From: an uncultured Microbacterium sp.
Lineage (GTDB): Bacteria > Actinomycetota > Actinomycetes > Actinomycetales > Microbacteriaceae
Length of the DNA: 58,889 bases
Assembly (NCBI GenBank): GCA_964243215.1
Contig: CAXTES010000002.1
Coordinates: 1 to 58,889, forward strand
Direction of reading: 5' to 3'
Below are positions 29,550 through 42,367 of this stretch, one piece after another. The notes beneath the pieces are model-generated. The model worked only from the letters and a program-made list of their open reading frames with translations. It was not told where the DNA came from and did no database searches. How positions within the stretch are numbered: position 1 is the stretch's first letter; every line of letters begins with the position of its first letter. The translations under genes and the position numbers were made by a program.

Positions 29550-31630
29550 TGCGATCCCTTCACCCACAGGACGTGCACGGGCTCGGCGAATGCGTCCAGC
29601 CGCACGAAGTTGTGATCCGACCACGTCCACTGTTCGCCGGTGATCAGGTCTTCGACGTCGAAGGGGGTGCCGGGTTCGACGCCCCACACCCGCGTATCCA
29701 GATGCACCATGCTCTGGCGCACCGAGTGCGGGTCGACGTTGGCGACCACGAGGACCGTGTCGGATTTCCCCGTCTCGGACAGGTCGGCATCCAGGTGCTT
29801 GCTGTAGACCAGGATCGCGTCGTCGTCGCTCCAGTGGATGCGGGTGTTGCGAAGCTGTCGCAGTGCCGGGTGGGCGTCGCGGATCTCGTTCAGGCGTGTC
29901 AGGTACGGCGCGAGGGAGTCGCCGGATGCCTCGGCACCGGCCCAGTCCCGCAGCTTGTACTCGTACTTCTCGTTGTCGATGTTCTCTTCGGACCCGGGCC
30001 TTGCGACGTTCTCGAACAGTTCGTAGCCGGCGTACACGCCGTAGCTGGGCGCGGCGGTCGCGGCGATCGCGGCCCGGATCTTGTACGCCGGGCGGCCGCC
30101 GAACTGCAGATACTCGGTGAGGATGTCGGGGGTGTTGACGAACAGGTTGGGCCGCATGAAGTCGGCGGTGTCGTTCGAGATCCAGCGCAGGAACTCCTCG
30201 AGTTCCGCCTTGGAGTTGCGCCACGCGAAGTACGAATAGCTCTGCTGGAAGCCCGCCATCGCGAGTTCCTGCATCGGTGAGGGGCGCGTGAACGCCTCGG
30301 CGAGGAACACCACGTCGGGATGCTCGACGTTGACGGTGGCGATCAGCCACTCCCAGAACTGCAACGGCTTGGTGTGAGGATTGTCGACGCGGAAGATCTT
30401 CACGCCCTGGTCGATCCAGTGCTGCACGATCCGCAGCACCTCGGCCCGGATGCCCTCCGGGTCGTTGTCGAAGTTGACGGGGTAGATGTCCTGGTACTTC
30501 TTCGGCGGATTCTCCGCGAACGCGATCGAGCCGTCGGGAAGAGTCGTGAACCATTCCGGATGCGCCGCGACCCACGGGTGGTCCGGCGCCGCCTGCAGCG
30601 CCAGGTCGAGCGCCACCTCGAGGCCCGCCGCGGATGCCGAGGCCACGAAGTCGCGGAAATCCGCCACGGTGCCGAGGTCGGGGTGCACGCTGTCGTGGCC
30701 GCCGGCGGCGGACCCGATCGCCCACGGCGAGCCGGGATCGGCCGGCTGCGGATCGAGGGTGTTGTTGCGCCCCTTGCGGTTCCGCTCGCCGATCGGGTGG
30801 ATGGGCGGCAGATACAGCACCTGGAAGCCCATCGCGGCGACGCCGGGCAGCCGTTTCGCGGCCGTGCGGAACGTGCCGCTCGTGATCGATCCGTCTTCAT
30901 CGAGCTTGGCGCCCTCGGACCGGGGGAAGAACTCGTACCAGGCGCCCACCCCGGCGCGCTCGCGTTCGACGAGCAGCGACAGCTCCGGTCCGATCGTCGG
31001 CAACGACACGAGCGGCCGTGCGGCGAAGAACCCGGCGATCGACGGATCGCGGACGATGCCCAGCGCCGTCTCGTCGCCGACGTGCGCGTCGCGCAGTGCC
31101 GCCGCGGCTCCTTCGAGGGTGCGCCGCTCGGCGACCGGACGCGACTTCTCCGCCGCGGCCCGATCGAACAGCAGCGCCCCGCTCTCGCGCATCAGCGCGA
31201 CATCCACACCCGCCGCGATCTTGAGGTCGGCGGCGTGCTCCCACGTGGCGAAGTCGTCGGCGAACGCCTCGTACCGGAACCGCCAGACGCCGGTGTCCAC
31301 GCACGCCACGAACGTGCGCCAGTGGTCGAAACCGTCGTGCAGCGCCGACAACCGGTGCAGCGACTCGTCGCCGGACGGCGAGTACAGCCGAAGGTGCACG
31401 CCGATCAGGTCGTGCCCCTCGCGGAACGCCGTGACGCCGAACGGCACCACCTCGCCGGCGAACGCCTTGGGGCGGAACCGTCCCCCCGGCGTGGACGGCG
31501 TCGGCAAGGTGATGGGGATCCGACCGCTCGCGGTGTCGGGATCGTCCTGGTGGGCCAGCACGGGGCGGACCGGAATCGAGGAGGAACTGCGCCAGGGCAG
31601 GAGCTTCGCGGTTCGCGTCGTCGTGGCCAC
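29546..31630 (-). CDS. glgE: Alpha-1,4-glucan:maltose-1-phosphate maltosyltransferase
   Basis: WYEFFPRS, YLPPIHPIG, GSPWAIG, AENPPKKYQDIYP, FRVDNPHTKP, FVNTPDIL, NEKYE; TAGGTT -10 leaderless. Confidence 0.97.
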   Translation of the reverse strand: MATTTRTAKLLPWRSSSSIPVRPVLAHQDDPDTASGRIPITLPTPSTPGGRFRPKAFAGEVVPFGVTAFREGHDLIGVHLRLYSPSGDESLHRLSALHDGFDHWRTFVACVDTGVWRFRYEAFADDFATWEHAADLKIAAGVDVALMRESGALLFDRAAAEKSRPVAERRTLEGAAAALRDAHVGDETALGIVRDPSIAGFFAARPLVSLPTIGPELSLLVERERAGVGAWYEFFPRSEGAKLDEDGSITSGTFRTAAKRLPGVAAMGFQVLYLPPIHPIGERNRKGRNNTLDPQPADPGSPWAIGSAAGGHDSVHPDLGTVADFRDFVASASAAGLEVALDLALQAAPDHPWVAAHPEWFTTLPDGSIAFAENPPKKYQDIYPVNFDNDPEGIRAEVLRIVQHWIDQGVKIFRVDNPHTKPLQFWEWLIATVNVEHPDVVFLAEAFTRPSPMQELAMAGFQQSYSYFAWRNSKAELEEFLRWISNDTADFMRPNLFVNTPDILTEYLQFGGRPAYKIRAAIAATAAPSYGVYAGYELFENVARPGSEENIDNEKYEYKLRDWAGAEASGDSLAPYLTRLNEIRDAHPALRQLRNTRIHWSDDDAILVYSKHLDADLSETGKSDTVLVVANVDPHSVRQSMVHLDTRVWGVEPGTPFDVEDLITGEQWTWSDHNFVRLDAFAEPVHVLWVKGSQ

Positions 31631-31698
31631 GTGTCGAACCTATCGCGCCGCCACCCGCGGGGCACAGCGGGCGGACCGGACCGTCGGAGCCGGCACGA

Positions 31699-33780
31699 TC
31701 ACTCGGCGCGGAACAGATGCATCGACGTCGCGGCGGTCCGCACGACCTCGCCGGGCAGATAGCGGCGCTGCTCGTCGCTGGGCCGCTCGTCCGCGCTGGA
31801 CCAGAGCGAGACGTAGAGTCCGACGCCTTCGATGTCGGGCAGCGTGACGTCGATCGGACGCTCGTTGCCGTGGACGATCAACAGGATTCGGTTGAAGTCC
31901 TCGACCTCCGGAGTGGATGCCGCCACGTATTGCATGGTGCGGTGCACAGGGTCCGTCCAGCGCTCGCCCGACATCGTCTCGCCGTGCTCGTCGAACCAGG
32001 CCATGACCGACGCCGACGGCGTTCGTTTGCCGAGGCGGGCGAAGCGGATGGGCCGAAGCGCAGGGTTCTCGCGCCGCAGCCGGATCAGCCGCTGCACGTG
32101 CGCGAACAGGTCGTCCTGCCACGGCGCGTGCGCCCAGCTCAGCCAGGTCAGCGCCGAGTCGTGGCAGTAGGCGTTGTTGTTGCCGCGCTGCGTGCGCCCG
32201 AACTCGTCGCCCGCGGTGAGCATCGGGATCCCCGCCGACAGCAGCAGCGTCCCGAGCAGGTTGCGCATCGCCCTGCGCCGCGTGGCGAGGATGTTCGCGT
32301 CGTCCGTCGGCCCCTCGGCGCCGTGGTTGAACGACCGGTTGGTCTCGGCGCCGTCGCGGTTGTGCTCGCCGTTTCCGAGGTTGTGCTTGACGTCGTAGGA
32401 CACGAGGTCCCGCAGCGTGAAACCGTCGTGCGCGGTGACGAAGTTGATGCTCGCGAGCGGTCCGCGCTCGACGCTGAAGGTATTGGAGGAGCCGGCCAGC
32501 CGGGTCGCGAAGCCGCCGACTCCGACGGGGGCGGTCGCCGCCCGGCGCGCGTAGTCGACGTCGCTGAGCCAGAAGTTGCGCACCCGGTCGCGGAATCGGT
32601 CGTTCCACTCGTGCCAGCCGTCCCCGAAACCGCCCGTCTGCCAGCCGCCGACCCCGACGTCCCACGGCTCGGCGATCTTCTTCACGTCGCGAAGACGCGG
32701 GTCGTCCAGGATCGCCTGCAGCAGCGGATGCTGCGCAGTGAAGACATTGTCGGCGTCTCGGCCGAGGGTGGCGGCGAGGTCGAAGCGGAACCCGTCGACC
32801 CGCACGTCCTCGGCCCAGTAGCGCAGCGAGTCCAGGACGAGCCGGGACGCGGCATCCGTGACCGTGTTCAGAGAATTGCCGCAGCCGGTGTCGTCGATGT
32901 ACGCGCCGTCGTCGTACTGGCGGTAGTAGGCACGATTGTCGATGCCGCGCAGGCTCGTGCGAGGACCGCCGAAGTTCGCCTCGGCCGTGTGGTTGTAGAC
33001 CACGTCCAGGATGACCTCCAGACCCGCCTGGTGCAGCAGCTTCACCATCCCCTTGAACTCGCGCAGGATCGCCTCGGGGCCCTCGCGGCGGTTGGCGTCC
33101 GTGGCGTACGCGGCATGCGGCGTGAAGAAGTTCAGCGAGTTGTAGCCCCAGTAGTTGGTCAGGCCGAACTGCAGCAGCCGAGGCTCGGAGGCGAAGGCGT
33201 GCACCGGCAGCAACTCGATGCTCGTGATCCCGAGATGGTGGAAGTGGTCGATCATCGCCGGGTGCGCCAGTCCGGCGTACGTGCCGTGCAGCGCGGGCGG
33301 CACGTCCGGGTGACGCTTGGACAGCCCTTTGACGTGTCCCTCGTAGATCACGGTGCGATCCAGCGGCACGGCCGGCTTGCCGACACCGCCCCAGTCGAAT
33401 CCGCCGTCGACCACGACGCTGCGCCAGTCCTGCAACCCACCGCCGACCAGGCCGCGCGAGTACGGCTCGATCAGCACGGTGCGCGGGTTGAACGCGTTGC
33501 CGGTGCCCGACGGGCCCGAGACTCGGATGGCGTACCGGGCGCTCGGACGCAGCAACGGGGTCGCGACGCTCCACACCCCGCCGCCCACGTGCTCGAGGGG
33601 CTCGGTCGCGATGGTCCAGTCGAGGTCGGCGTCGTCGAAGATGAGCAGATCCACCGCGTCCGCGGCACCGGACCACACCCGCAGCGTGCCGCCGCCGTCG
33701 TGCAGTCGGACGCCCAGGTCGTCGAGGTCGGTACGCCACAGTCCGGTCCGGGCGGACTCGGCGACGTTGACGGGAAGCAT
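31699..33780 (-). CDS. glgX: Glycogen debranching enzyme
   Basis: IYEGHVKG, NYWGYN, DVVYNHTAE, TGCGN, DGFRFDLA, NFVTAHDGFTL, QRGNNNAYC. Confidence 0.96.
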   Translation of the reverse strand: MLPVNVAESARTGLWRTDLDDLGVRLHDGGGTLRVWSGAADAVDLLIFDDADLDWTIATEPLEHVGGGVWSVATPLLRPSARYAIRVSGPSGTGNAFNPRTVLIEPYSRGLVGGGLQDWRSVVVDGGFDWGGVGKPAVPLDRTVIYEGHVKGLSKRHPDVPPALHGTYAGLAHPAMIDHFHHLGITSIELLPVHAFASEPRLLQFGLTNYWGYNSLNFFTPHAAYATDANRREGPEAILREFKGMVKLLHQAGLEVILDVVYNHTAEANFGGPRTSLRGIDNRAYYRQYDDGAYIDDTGCGNSLNTVTDAASRLVLDSLRYWAEDVRVDGFRFDLAATLGRDADNVFTAQHPLLQAILDDPRLRDVKKIAEPWDVGVGGWQTGGFGDGWHEWNDRFRDRVRNFWLSDVDYARRAATAPVGVGGFATRLAGSSNTFSVERGPLASINFVTAHDGFTLRDLVSYDVKHNLGNGEHNRDGAETNRSFNHGAEGPTDDANILATRRRAMRNLLGTLLLSAGIPMLTAGDEFGRTQRGNNNAYCHDSALTWLSWAHAPWQDDLFAHVQRLIRLRRENPALRPIRFARLGKRTPSASVMAWFDEHGETMSGERWTDPVHRTMQYVAASTPEVEDFNRILLIVHGNERPIDVTLPDIEGVGLYVSLWSSADERPSDEQRRYLPGEVVRTAATSMHLFRAE

Positions 33781-33861
33781 CGCGACTACCCTAGCCAGGC
33801 TAGGCGGAGGGCAACCGCTCGCCCCCCGCTCGCCTGGCGCCGCGCGTGCGAAAGTGGAGGG

Positions 33862-35034
33862 ATGGCGGTGTACCTGGACCACGCGGCGACCACGCCGTTG
33901 CGGCCGGAAGCGCGCGACGCCTGGCTGGCGGCATCCGATGTCGTCGGCAACGCGTCGTCCATCCACCGCGACGGCCAGGCTGCGCGACGACTCTTGGAGG
34001 AGTCGCGCGAGCGCCTCGCCGCCGCCATCGACTGCGATCCGGTCGAGGTCGTCTTCACCTCGGGTGGCACCGAGTCGATCAACCTCGCGGTGAAGGGGCT
34101 GTGGTGGGCGCGCTCTGACGGGCGGACGGCCGTCGTGCTGCCCGACGGCGAGCACCACGCCACCCTCGATGCCGTCGAGTGGTTAAGGCGAGCCGACGGC
34201 GCCGAGGTGCGCGCGGTGGGGCTGGACGCCGTCGGCCGCATCCCGGCCGATGGGTTCGAGGCGGCGCTTCCCGGCGCGGCGCTCGCCACGGCACTGGTGG
34301 CCAGCAACGAGGTGGGCACGGTCAGCGACGCCGCGGCGCTCGCCGCGGCCGCAGCCTCGGCGGGGGTGCCCCTGCACCTGGATGCCGTCGCAGCTTTCGG
34401 ACACGTGCCGGTGTCGTTCCGGCGCTGGCGAGCGGATGCCGCGGGGCCTGTCGGCTTGACGGCGCTGAGCGTGTCGGCGCACAAGATCGGCGGCCCCGTC
34501 GGGGTGGGTGCGCTCGTGGTCTCCCGGGGCGCGGCGATCCTTCCGCTGCTGCACGGCGGTGGGCAGCAGCGCGCGCTGCGGGCCGGAACGCAGGATGTCG
34601 CGGGCGCGGCGGCGTTCGCGGTGGCCGCCGAGTGTGCGCTCGCCGAGCGGGAATCCGAGGCGGTGCGATTGGGCGCGCTGCGCGACCGCCTCGTGCGCGG
34701 CATCCTCGAGTCGGTTCCGGATGCCGTGCCCCTCGGCGACCCGGTCGACCGGCTGCCGGGCAACGCGCACCTGCTGTTCGCCGGCGCCGCGGGGGAGACC
34801 CTGCTGTTCCTGCTCGACCGGGCCGGAATCGCCGTCTCGACCGGTTCGGCGTGCCAGGCGGGCGTTCCCGAGCCGTCCCACGTGGTGCTCGCCCTCGGCC
34901 GGTCGGCCGTACAGGCGCGGCAGGTGCTGCGCATCACCCTCGGCCGGACGTCGACGGATGCGGACGTCGACGCGTTGCTGGCGGCCCTGCCCGAAGCGGT
35001 GACGCGGGCGCGAGCTGCGGCATCCCTCGCCTGA
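33862..35034 (+). CDS. iscS: Cysteine desulfurase (IscS/NifS type)
   Basis: YLDHAATTP, FTSGGTES, SAHKIGGP (PLP Lys), STGSAC; adjacent to mnmA. Confidence 0.92.
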   Translation: MAVYLDHAATTPLRPEARDAWLAASDVVGNASSIHRDGQAARRLLEESRERLAAAIDCDPVEVVFTSGGTESINLAVKGLWWARSDGRTAVVLPDGEHHATLDAVEWLRRADGAEVRAVGLDAVGRIPADGFEAALPGAALATALVASNEVGTVSDAAALAAAAASAGVPLHLDAVAAFGHVPVSFRRWRADAAGPVGLTALSVSAHKIGGPVGVGALVVSRGAAILPLLHGGGQQRALRAGTQDVAGAAAFAVAAECALAERESEAVRLGALRDRLVRGILESVPDAVPLGDPVDRLPGNAHLLFAGAAGETLLFLLDRAGIAVSTGSACQAGVPEPSHVVLALGRSAVQARQVLRITLGRTSTDADVDALLAALPEAVTRARAAASLA

Positions 35035-35086
35035 CCGGGGAGGGCTGCGGCCGGGCCGTACGTGCACACGCTCGTAAACTGGACCG

Positions 35087-36204
35087 GTGCGGATTCTGGC
35101 GGCGATGAGCGGGGGAGTGGACTCCGCCGTGGCCGCCGCACGCGCCGTGGACGCCGGCCACGACGTCGTCGGCGTGCACCTCGCGCTCTCTCGCGCCGGC
35201 GGCACGTTGCGCACCGGCAGCCGGGGATGCTGCACGATCGAAGACGCCATGGATGCCCGACGGGCAGCCGACGTCATCGGCATCCCGTTCTACGTGTGGG
35301 ACTTCTCGGAGCGCTTCCGCGACGACGTGATCGAGGACTTCGTCACCGAGTACCGCGCCGGACGCACCCCCAACCCCTGCATGCGGTGCAACGAGCGCAT
35401 CAAGTTCGCGGCGCTGCTCGAGCGCGCGGTCGAGCTCGGCTTCGATGCGGTGTGCACGGGTCACTACGCGTCGCTTCTCGAAGGACCCGACTGCGTGGAA
35501 CTGCACCGAGCGTCGGATGCCGCGAAGGACCAGTCGTACGTGCTCGGCGTGCTGACCGCCGACCAGCTCGCCCACACGTACTTCCCGCTCGGTGCGACCC
35601 CGTCCAAGGCGCTCGTGCGCGCCGAGGCCGGCGCGCGGGGACTCAGCGTGGCGCACAAGCCCGACAGCCACGACATCTGCTTCATCCCCGACGGCGATAC
35701 GCGCGGGTGGCTGGCCGAGAAGGTCGGCGCCACCGCCGGCCCGATCGTCGATTCCTCGGGCGCCGTCGTCGGCTCGCACGACGGCGCGCACGCCTACACG
35801 GTGGGCCAGCGGCGCGGTCTCAAGCTCGGGGTGCCGGCCGCCGATGGACGGCCGCGCTTCGTGCTGGAGGTGCGACCGGTGTCCAACACGGTCGTCGTCG
35901 GCCCGAGAGAGGCACTGGCGATCCGCGAGATCGCCGGCAGCGCCTACTCCTGGGCCGGTCGTGCGCCCGCGGCCGCCGCCTTCGCCTGCGACGTCCAGAT
36001 TCGCGCCCACGCCGACCCGGTGCCGGCTCACGCGACGGTGGCCGACGGCATCCTGACCGTACGTCCCGACGTGGCCTTCGACGGCGTGGCGCCGGGACAG
36101 ACCGCCGTGCTCTACGACGGCACGCGCGTCATCGGTCAGTTCACGATCGACCGCACGTCTTCGGCGGTTCCCGACCCCGTCGGGGCGCAAACGGCGCCGT
36201 CAGG

Positions 36205-36223
<19 letters not shown>
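35087..36223 (+). CDS. mnmA: tRNA 2-thiouridylase
   Basis: [46 protein letters not shown]. Confidence 0.97.
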
Positions 36224-38512
<2,289 letters not shown>

Positions 38513-38516
38513 GCGC

Positions 38517-38831
38517 GTGCCGCACTGGCTGTACCGCATCGTCCCGACCCGACCGGAGATGGTCGGCGCGCCGACGGAACGGGAGAAGGAGCTCGCGGCG
38601 GCGCACTTCCAATACCTGGTCGACCTGCGCGACCGCGGCATCCTGATCATCGCCGGCCGCACGCAGGAGGAGGTCGGGTCGTTCGGCATCGCCGTCTTCG
38701 AGGCCGCCAATCAAGGTGAAGCCGAGAGAATCACGCTCGCCGACCCGGCCGTCACGGGCGGCGTGTTCGCCGCGACGGTCCATCCCTATCGGGTCGCGGT
38801 CGCGCGCACCGATCTCGTCGAGGATGCCTGA
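38517..38831 (+). CDS. YciI-like dimeric alpha/beta barrel protein
   Basis: HFQYL...GILIIAGRT...FEAA..EAE....DPAV; alternative start at 38502. Confidence 0.75.
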   Translation: MPHWLYRIVPTRPEMVGAPTEREKELAAAHFQYLVDLRDRGILIIAGRTQEEVGSFGIAVFEAANQGEAERITLADPAVTGGVFAATVHPYRVAVARTDLVEDA

Positions 38832-38882
38832 GCTCACCGGGCCCGGGAAAGGGGTCGGAGGCTCGGCGCATAGACTTGCCCG

Positions 38883-39182
38883 GTGTCTGAAATCACCCCC
38901 GATCTCGTGCGGCATCTGGGCGTTCTCGCGCGGATCCGGCTCGACGACGACGAGGTCGAGCGGCTCACCGGTCAACTGGACGCCATCGTCGACAACATCG
39001 CGAAGGTGTCGCAGGTCGCCACCGCCGACGTTCCGGCGACGAGCCATCCGATCCCGCTGCGCAATGTCTTCCGCTCCGACGCGATCGGCGAGACGCTGAC
39101 TCAACGGCAGGCGCTGCAGAACGCCCCCGACGAGGCGGACGGCCGGTTCCGGGTGACGGCGATCCTCGGCGAAGAGCAGTAG
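38883..39182 (+). CDS. gatC: Asp/Glu-tRNA amidotransferase subunit C
   Basis: [25 protein letters not shown]...GRFRV; TAGACT -10 leaderless. Confidence 0.96.
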   Translation: MSEITPDLVRHLGVLARIRLDDDEVERLTGQLDAIVDNIAKVSQVATADVPATSHPIPLRNVFRSDAIGETLTQRQALQNAPDEADGRFRVTAILGEEQ

Positions 39183-39192
39183 GGCGACGCGG

Positions 39193-40704
39193 GTGACCGA
39201 CATCACGACGATGAGCGCCGCTGCGCTCGCCGACCGGCTCGCCGCACGCGACATCTCGAGCGTCGAGGCGACACAGGCCCATCTCGACCGGATCGAGGCG
39301 GTGGATGCCGACATCCATGCCTTCCTGCACGTCAACGCCGCGGCGCTCGAGGTTGCTGACGGCATCGATCGCCGTCGCGCCGCGGGCGAGGTGCTCGGGC
39401 CGCTCGCCGGGGTGCCGCTGGCGATCAAGGACGTGCTGGTCACGACCGATATGCCGTCCACGAGTGGATCGAGGATCCTCGAGGGCTACCTGTCGCCGTT
39501 CGACGCGACGGTCGTGGCTCGTGCTCGCGCAGCCGGGCTCGTGCCGCTGGGCAAGACCAACATGGACGAGTTCGCAATGGGGTCGTCAACGGAGCACTCC
39601 GCGTACGGCCCCACGCACAATCCGTGGGATTTGTCACGCATCCCGGGCGGTTCCGGCGGCGGTTCGGCGGCCGCGGTCGCGGCGTTCGAGGCGCCGCTGG
39701 CACTCGGATCCGACACCGGTGGGTCGATCCGGCAGCCCGCGCACGTCACTGGCACCGTGGGGATGAAACCCACCTACGGCGGGGTGAGCCGCTACGGCGC
39801 GATCGCGCTGGCGTCGAGCCTCGATCAGGTCGGCCCGGTCACCCGCAGCGTGCTGGACGCGGGCATGCTGCACGACGTCATCGGCGGTCACGACCCGAAC
39901 GACTCCACATCGCTCGCCGAGCAGTGGCCGTCGTTCGCCGAGGCGGCGCGCGAGGGCGCACGCGGCGACGTGCTGAAGGGTCTGCGCGTGGGCGTGATCG
40001 CCGAGCTTCCCGACACCGGCTTCCAGGCGGGCGTCTGGTCGTCGTTCCGCCGCGCGCTCGGGATGCTGGCGGCTCACGGCGCCGAAATAGTCGACGTCAG
40101 CGCTCCGCACTTCGAGTACGGTGTCGCCGCCTACTACCTGATCCTGCCGGCGGAGGCATCCAGCAACCTCGCCAAGTTCGACTCGGTGCGCTTCGGCCTG
40201 CGTGTGGATGTCGCCGGCGGCACCGTCGAGGACGTCATGGCGGCGACGCGCGAAGCGGGGTTCGGCGACGAGGTGAAGCGCCGGATCATCCTGGGCACGT
40301 ACGCCCTGTCGGCCGGCTACTACGACGCGTACTACGGCTCCGCCCAGAAGGTGCGCACCCTCATCCAGCGCGACTTCGACGACGCGTTCTCGCGGGTCGA
40401 CGTCATCGCCACACCCTCCGCGCCCACCACGGCGTTCCGTCTCGGCGAGCAGCTGGACGATCCGCTGCAGATGTATCTCAACGACGTCACGACCATCCCG
40501 GCGAATCTCGCGGGCGTTCCCGGGATCTCGGTGCCGTCGGGACTCGCCGACGAAGACGGCCTGCCGGTCGGCATCCAATTCCTCGCTCCCGCCCGCCAGG
40601 ACGCCCGGCTGTACCGGGTGGGTGCAGCGCTCGAGGCGCTGCTGGAGGACGAGTGGGGCGGCCCGCTGCTGGATCGCGCGCCGGTTCTGGCGGGGGGACG
40701 CTGA
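39193..40704 (+). CDS. gatA: Asp/Glu-tRNA amidotransferase subunit A
   Basis: [44 protein letters not shown]. Confidence 0.97.
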   Translation: MTDITTMSAAALADRLAARDISSVEATQAHLDRIEAVDADIHAFLHVNAAALEVADGIDRRRAAGEVLGPLAGVPLAIKDVLVTTDMPSTSGSRILEGYLSPFDATVVARARAAGLVPLGKTNMDEFAMGSSTEHSAYGPTHNPWDLSRIPGGSGGGSAAAVAAFEAPLALGSDTGGSIRQPAHVTGTVGMKPTYGGVSRYGAIALASSLDQVGPVTRSVLDAGMLHDVIGGHDPNDSTSLAEQWPSFAEAAREGARGDVLKGLRVGVIAELPDTGFQAGVWSSFRRALGMLAAHGAEIVDVSAPHFEYGVAAYYLILPAEASSNLAKFDSVRFGLRVDVAGGTVEDVMAATREAGFGDEVKRRIILGTYALSAGYYDAYYGSAQKVRTLIQRDFDDAFSRVDVIATPSAPTTAFRLGEQLDDPLQMYLNDVTTIPANLAGVPGISVPSGLADEDGLPVGIQFLAPARQDARLYRVGAALEALLEDEWGGPLLDRAPVLAGGR

Positions 40705-42206
40705 TGGCCGCGGCCGCGCTGATGGGCTTCGATGAGGCGCTCGAGCACTTCGAGCCGGTCCTCGGATTCGAGGTGCACGTCGAGCTGAACACCGCCACCA
40801 AGATGGTCTCCGCCGCGCCGAACTCCTTCGGTCGCGACGCCAACACCGACCTCGCGCCGGTGGATCTGGGCCTGCCCGGCTCGCTTCCTGTCGTGAACGA
40901 GGAGGCGGTGCGCTACTCGATCAGCCTCGGACTCGCGCTGGGGTGCTCGATCGCCGAATCGAGCCGCTTCGCGCGGAAGAACTACTTCTATCCCGACCTC
41001 GGAAAGAACTACCAGATCTCGCAGTACGACGAGCCGATCGCGTTCGAGGGATTGGTGGATGTCGAGCTCGCCGACGGCGAGGTCGTGACCGTGCCGATCG
41101 AGCGTGCCCACATGGAGGAGGATGCCGGCAAGCTCACGCATATCGGCGGTGCCACCGGCCGCATCCACGGCGCCGAATACTCGCTGGTGGACTACAACCG
41201 CGCCGGCGTGCCGCTCGTCGAGATCGTGACCAAGCCGATCTTCGGCGCCGAGCACCGCGCACCCGAAATCGCGAAGGCGTACGTGCAGACCATCCGCGAC
41301 ATCGTGCTGTCGCTCGGCATCTCCGACGCCCGGATGGAGCGCGGCAACCTGCGCTGCGACGCGAACGTGTCGCTGCGCCCGCGCGGACAGGCGGCGCTGG
41401 GGACCCGTACCGAGACGAAGAACGTCAACTCGATGCGCTCGGTCGAACGGGCCGTCCGGTACGAGATCCAGCGCCAGGCCGCGATCCTCGCCGCGGGCGG
41501 CACGATCACCCAGGAGACGCGGCACTGGCACGAGGACACCGGCACAACATCGCCGGGCCGCCCGAAGTCCGACGCCGACGACTACCGGTACTTCCCGGAG
41601 CCCGATCTGCTGCCGGTCGTGCCGTCGGCCGCACTGGTCGCTCAGCTTCGCGCCGCGCTGCCCGAGCCGCCGGCCGTCCGTCGCCGTCGGCTGAAGACCG
41701 ACTGGGGGTTCACCGACCTGGAGTATCAGGACATCGTCAACGGCGGCCTCATCGCCGAGGTCGAGGCCACCGTCGCGGCGGGCGCTTCCCCGGCGTCGGC
41801 GCGCAAGTGGTGGACCGGGGAGCTGACGCGCATCGCCAACGCCGCCGGCCGCGAGGCGTCGGACCTGGTCGCGCCCGCCGATGTGGCCGCGCTGCAGCGA
41901 CTCGTCGAGGCCGGCACGCTCACCGACACCCTCGCCCGGCAGGTGCTCGAGGGCATGGTCGCCGGCGAGGGCTCGCCGCAGCAGATCGTCGACGCCCGCG
42001 GCTTGGCGGTGGTGTCGGATGACACGGCCCTGGCCGCCGCGATCGACGAGGCCCTCGCGGCGCAGCCGGACGTGCTCGAGAAGATCCGCGACGGCAAGGT
42101 GCAAGCCGCCGGCGCGATCATCGGCGCGGTGATGAAGGCGATGCGCGGGTCGGCCGATGCCGCCCGCGTGCGCGAGCTCATCCTCGAACGCGTCGCGCAG
42201 CAGTAG
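40704..42206 (+). CDS. gatB: Asp/Glu-tRNA amidotransferase subunit B
   Basis: [54 protein letters not shown]. Confidence 0.97.
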   Translation: MAAAALMGFDEALEHFEPVLGFEVHVELNTATKMVSAAPNSFGRDANTDLAPVDLGLPGSLPVVNEEAVRYSISLGLALGCSIAESSRFARKNYFYPDLGKNYQISQYDEPIAFEGLVDVELADGEVVTVPIERAHMEEDAGKLTHIGGATGRIHGAEYSLVDYNRAGVPLVEIVTKPIFGAEHRAPEIAKAYVQTIRDIVLSLGISDARMERGNLRCDANVSLRPRGQAALGTRTETKNVNSMRSVERAVRYEIQRQAAILAAGGTITQETRHWHEDTGTTSPGRPKSDADDYRYFPEPDLLPVVPSAALVAQLRAALPEPPAVRRRRLKTDWGFTDLEYQDIVNGGLIAEVEATVAAGASPASARKWWTGELTRIANAAGREASDLVAPADVAALQRLVEAGTLTDTLARQVLEGMVAGEGSPQQIVDARGLAVVSDDTALAAAIDEALAAQPDVLEKIRDGKVQAAGAIIGAVMKAMRGSADAARVRELILERVAQQ

Positions 42207-42210
42207 CTCT

Positions 42211-42336
42211 GTCGCCGAGAGTGCACGCCGGGTCGCCGAGAGTGCACGCCGGGTCGCCGAGAGTGCACGGCGGGTCGCCGAGAGTGCACGGCGGGTCGCC
42301 GAGAGTGCACGCCGGGTTCGCGAGAGTGCACGGCGG
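42211..42336. repeat. Intergenic minisatellite: 6 x 21 bp GTCGCCGAGAGTGCACG(C/G)CGG
   Basis: Units start at 42211, 42232, 42253, 42274, 42295 and 42316 (last one degenerate); no spacers. Confidence 0.97.
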
Positions 42337-42339
42337 GTA

Positions 42340-42361
42340 TGTCGGCCGCGCCGGTCACAAT
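42340..42361 (+). promoter_or_regulatory. Putative PafBC-type promoter for leaderless dinB
   Basis: TGTCGG-ccgcgccggt-CACAAT, 6 nt before the dinB ATG (42368). Confidence 0.65.
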
Positions 42362-42367
42362 AGATTC

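Noticed and set aside
27369-30725. 1118-aa GlgB with a long N-terminal extension
   Set aside because: The extension is an alternative frame within glgE; glgB starts at 29549, overlapping the glgE stop.
31717-35034. 1105-aa ORF suggesting a giant cysteine desulfurase fusion
   Set aside because: The first about 715 codons are the antisense shadow of glgX; the real start MAVYLDHAAT is at 33862.
38853-38876. PafBC-like motif upstream of gatC (GGTCGG...TAGACT)
   Set aside because: The spacer is 12 nt rather than 10 and the hexamer is mismatched; treated as an ordinary leaderless promoter.
39624-40703. 860-aa GatB (possible GatA-GatB frameshift fusion)
   Set aside because: The upstream part is an off-frame reading of gatA; the genes have a standard TGATG coupled junction.
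42211-42336. CRISPR array
   Set aside because: Units are contiguous with no unique spacers and there are no cas genes; it is a minisatellite.
42157-42363. 68-aa (VAESARR)n ORF and the (VHAGSPR)n N-terminal extension of DinB
   Set aside because: Open frames are a by-product of a stop-free 21-bp repeat; promoter geometry supports the dinB start at 42368.
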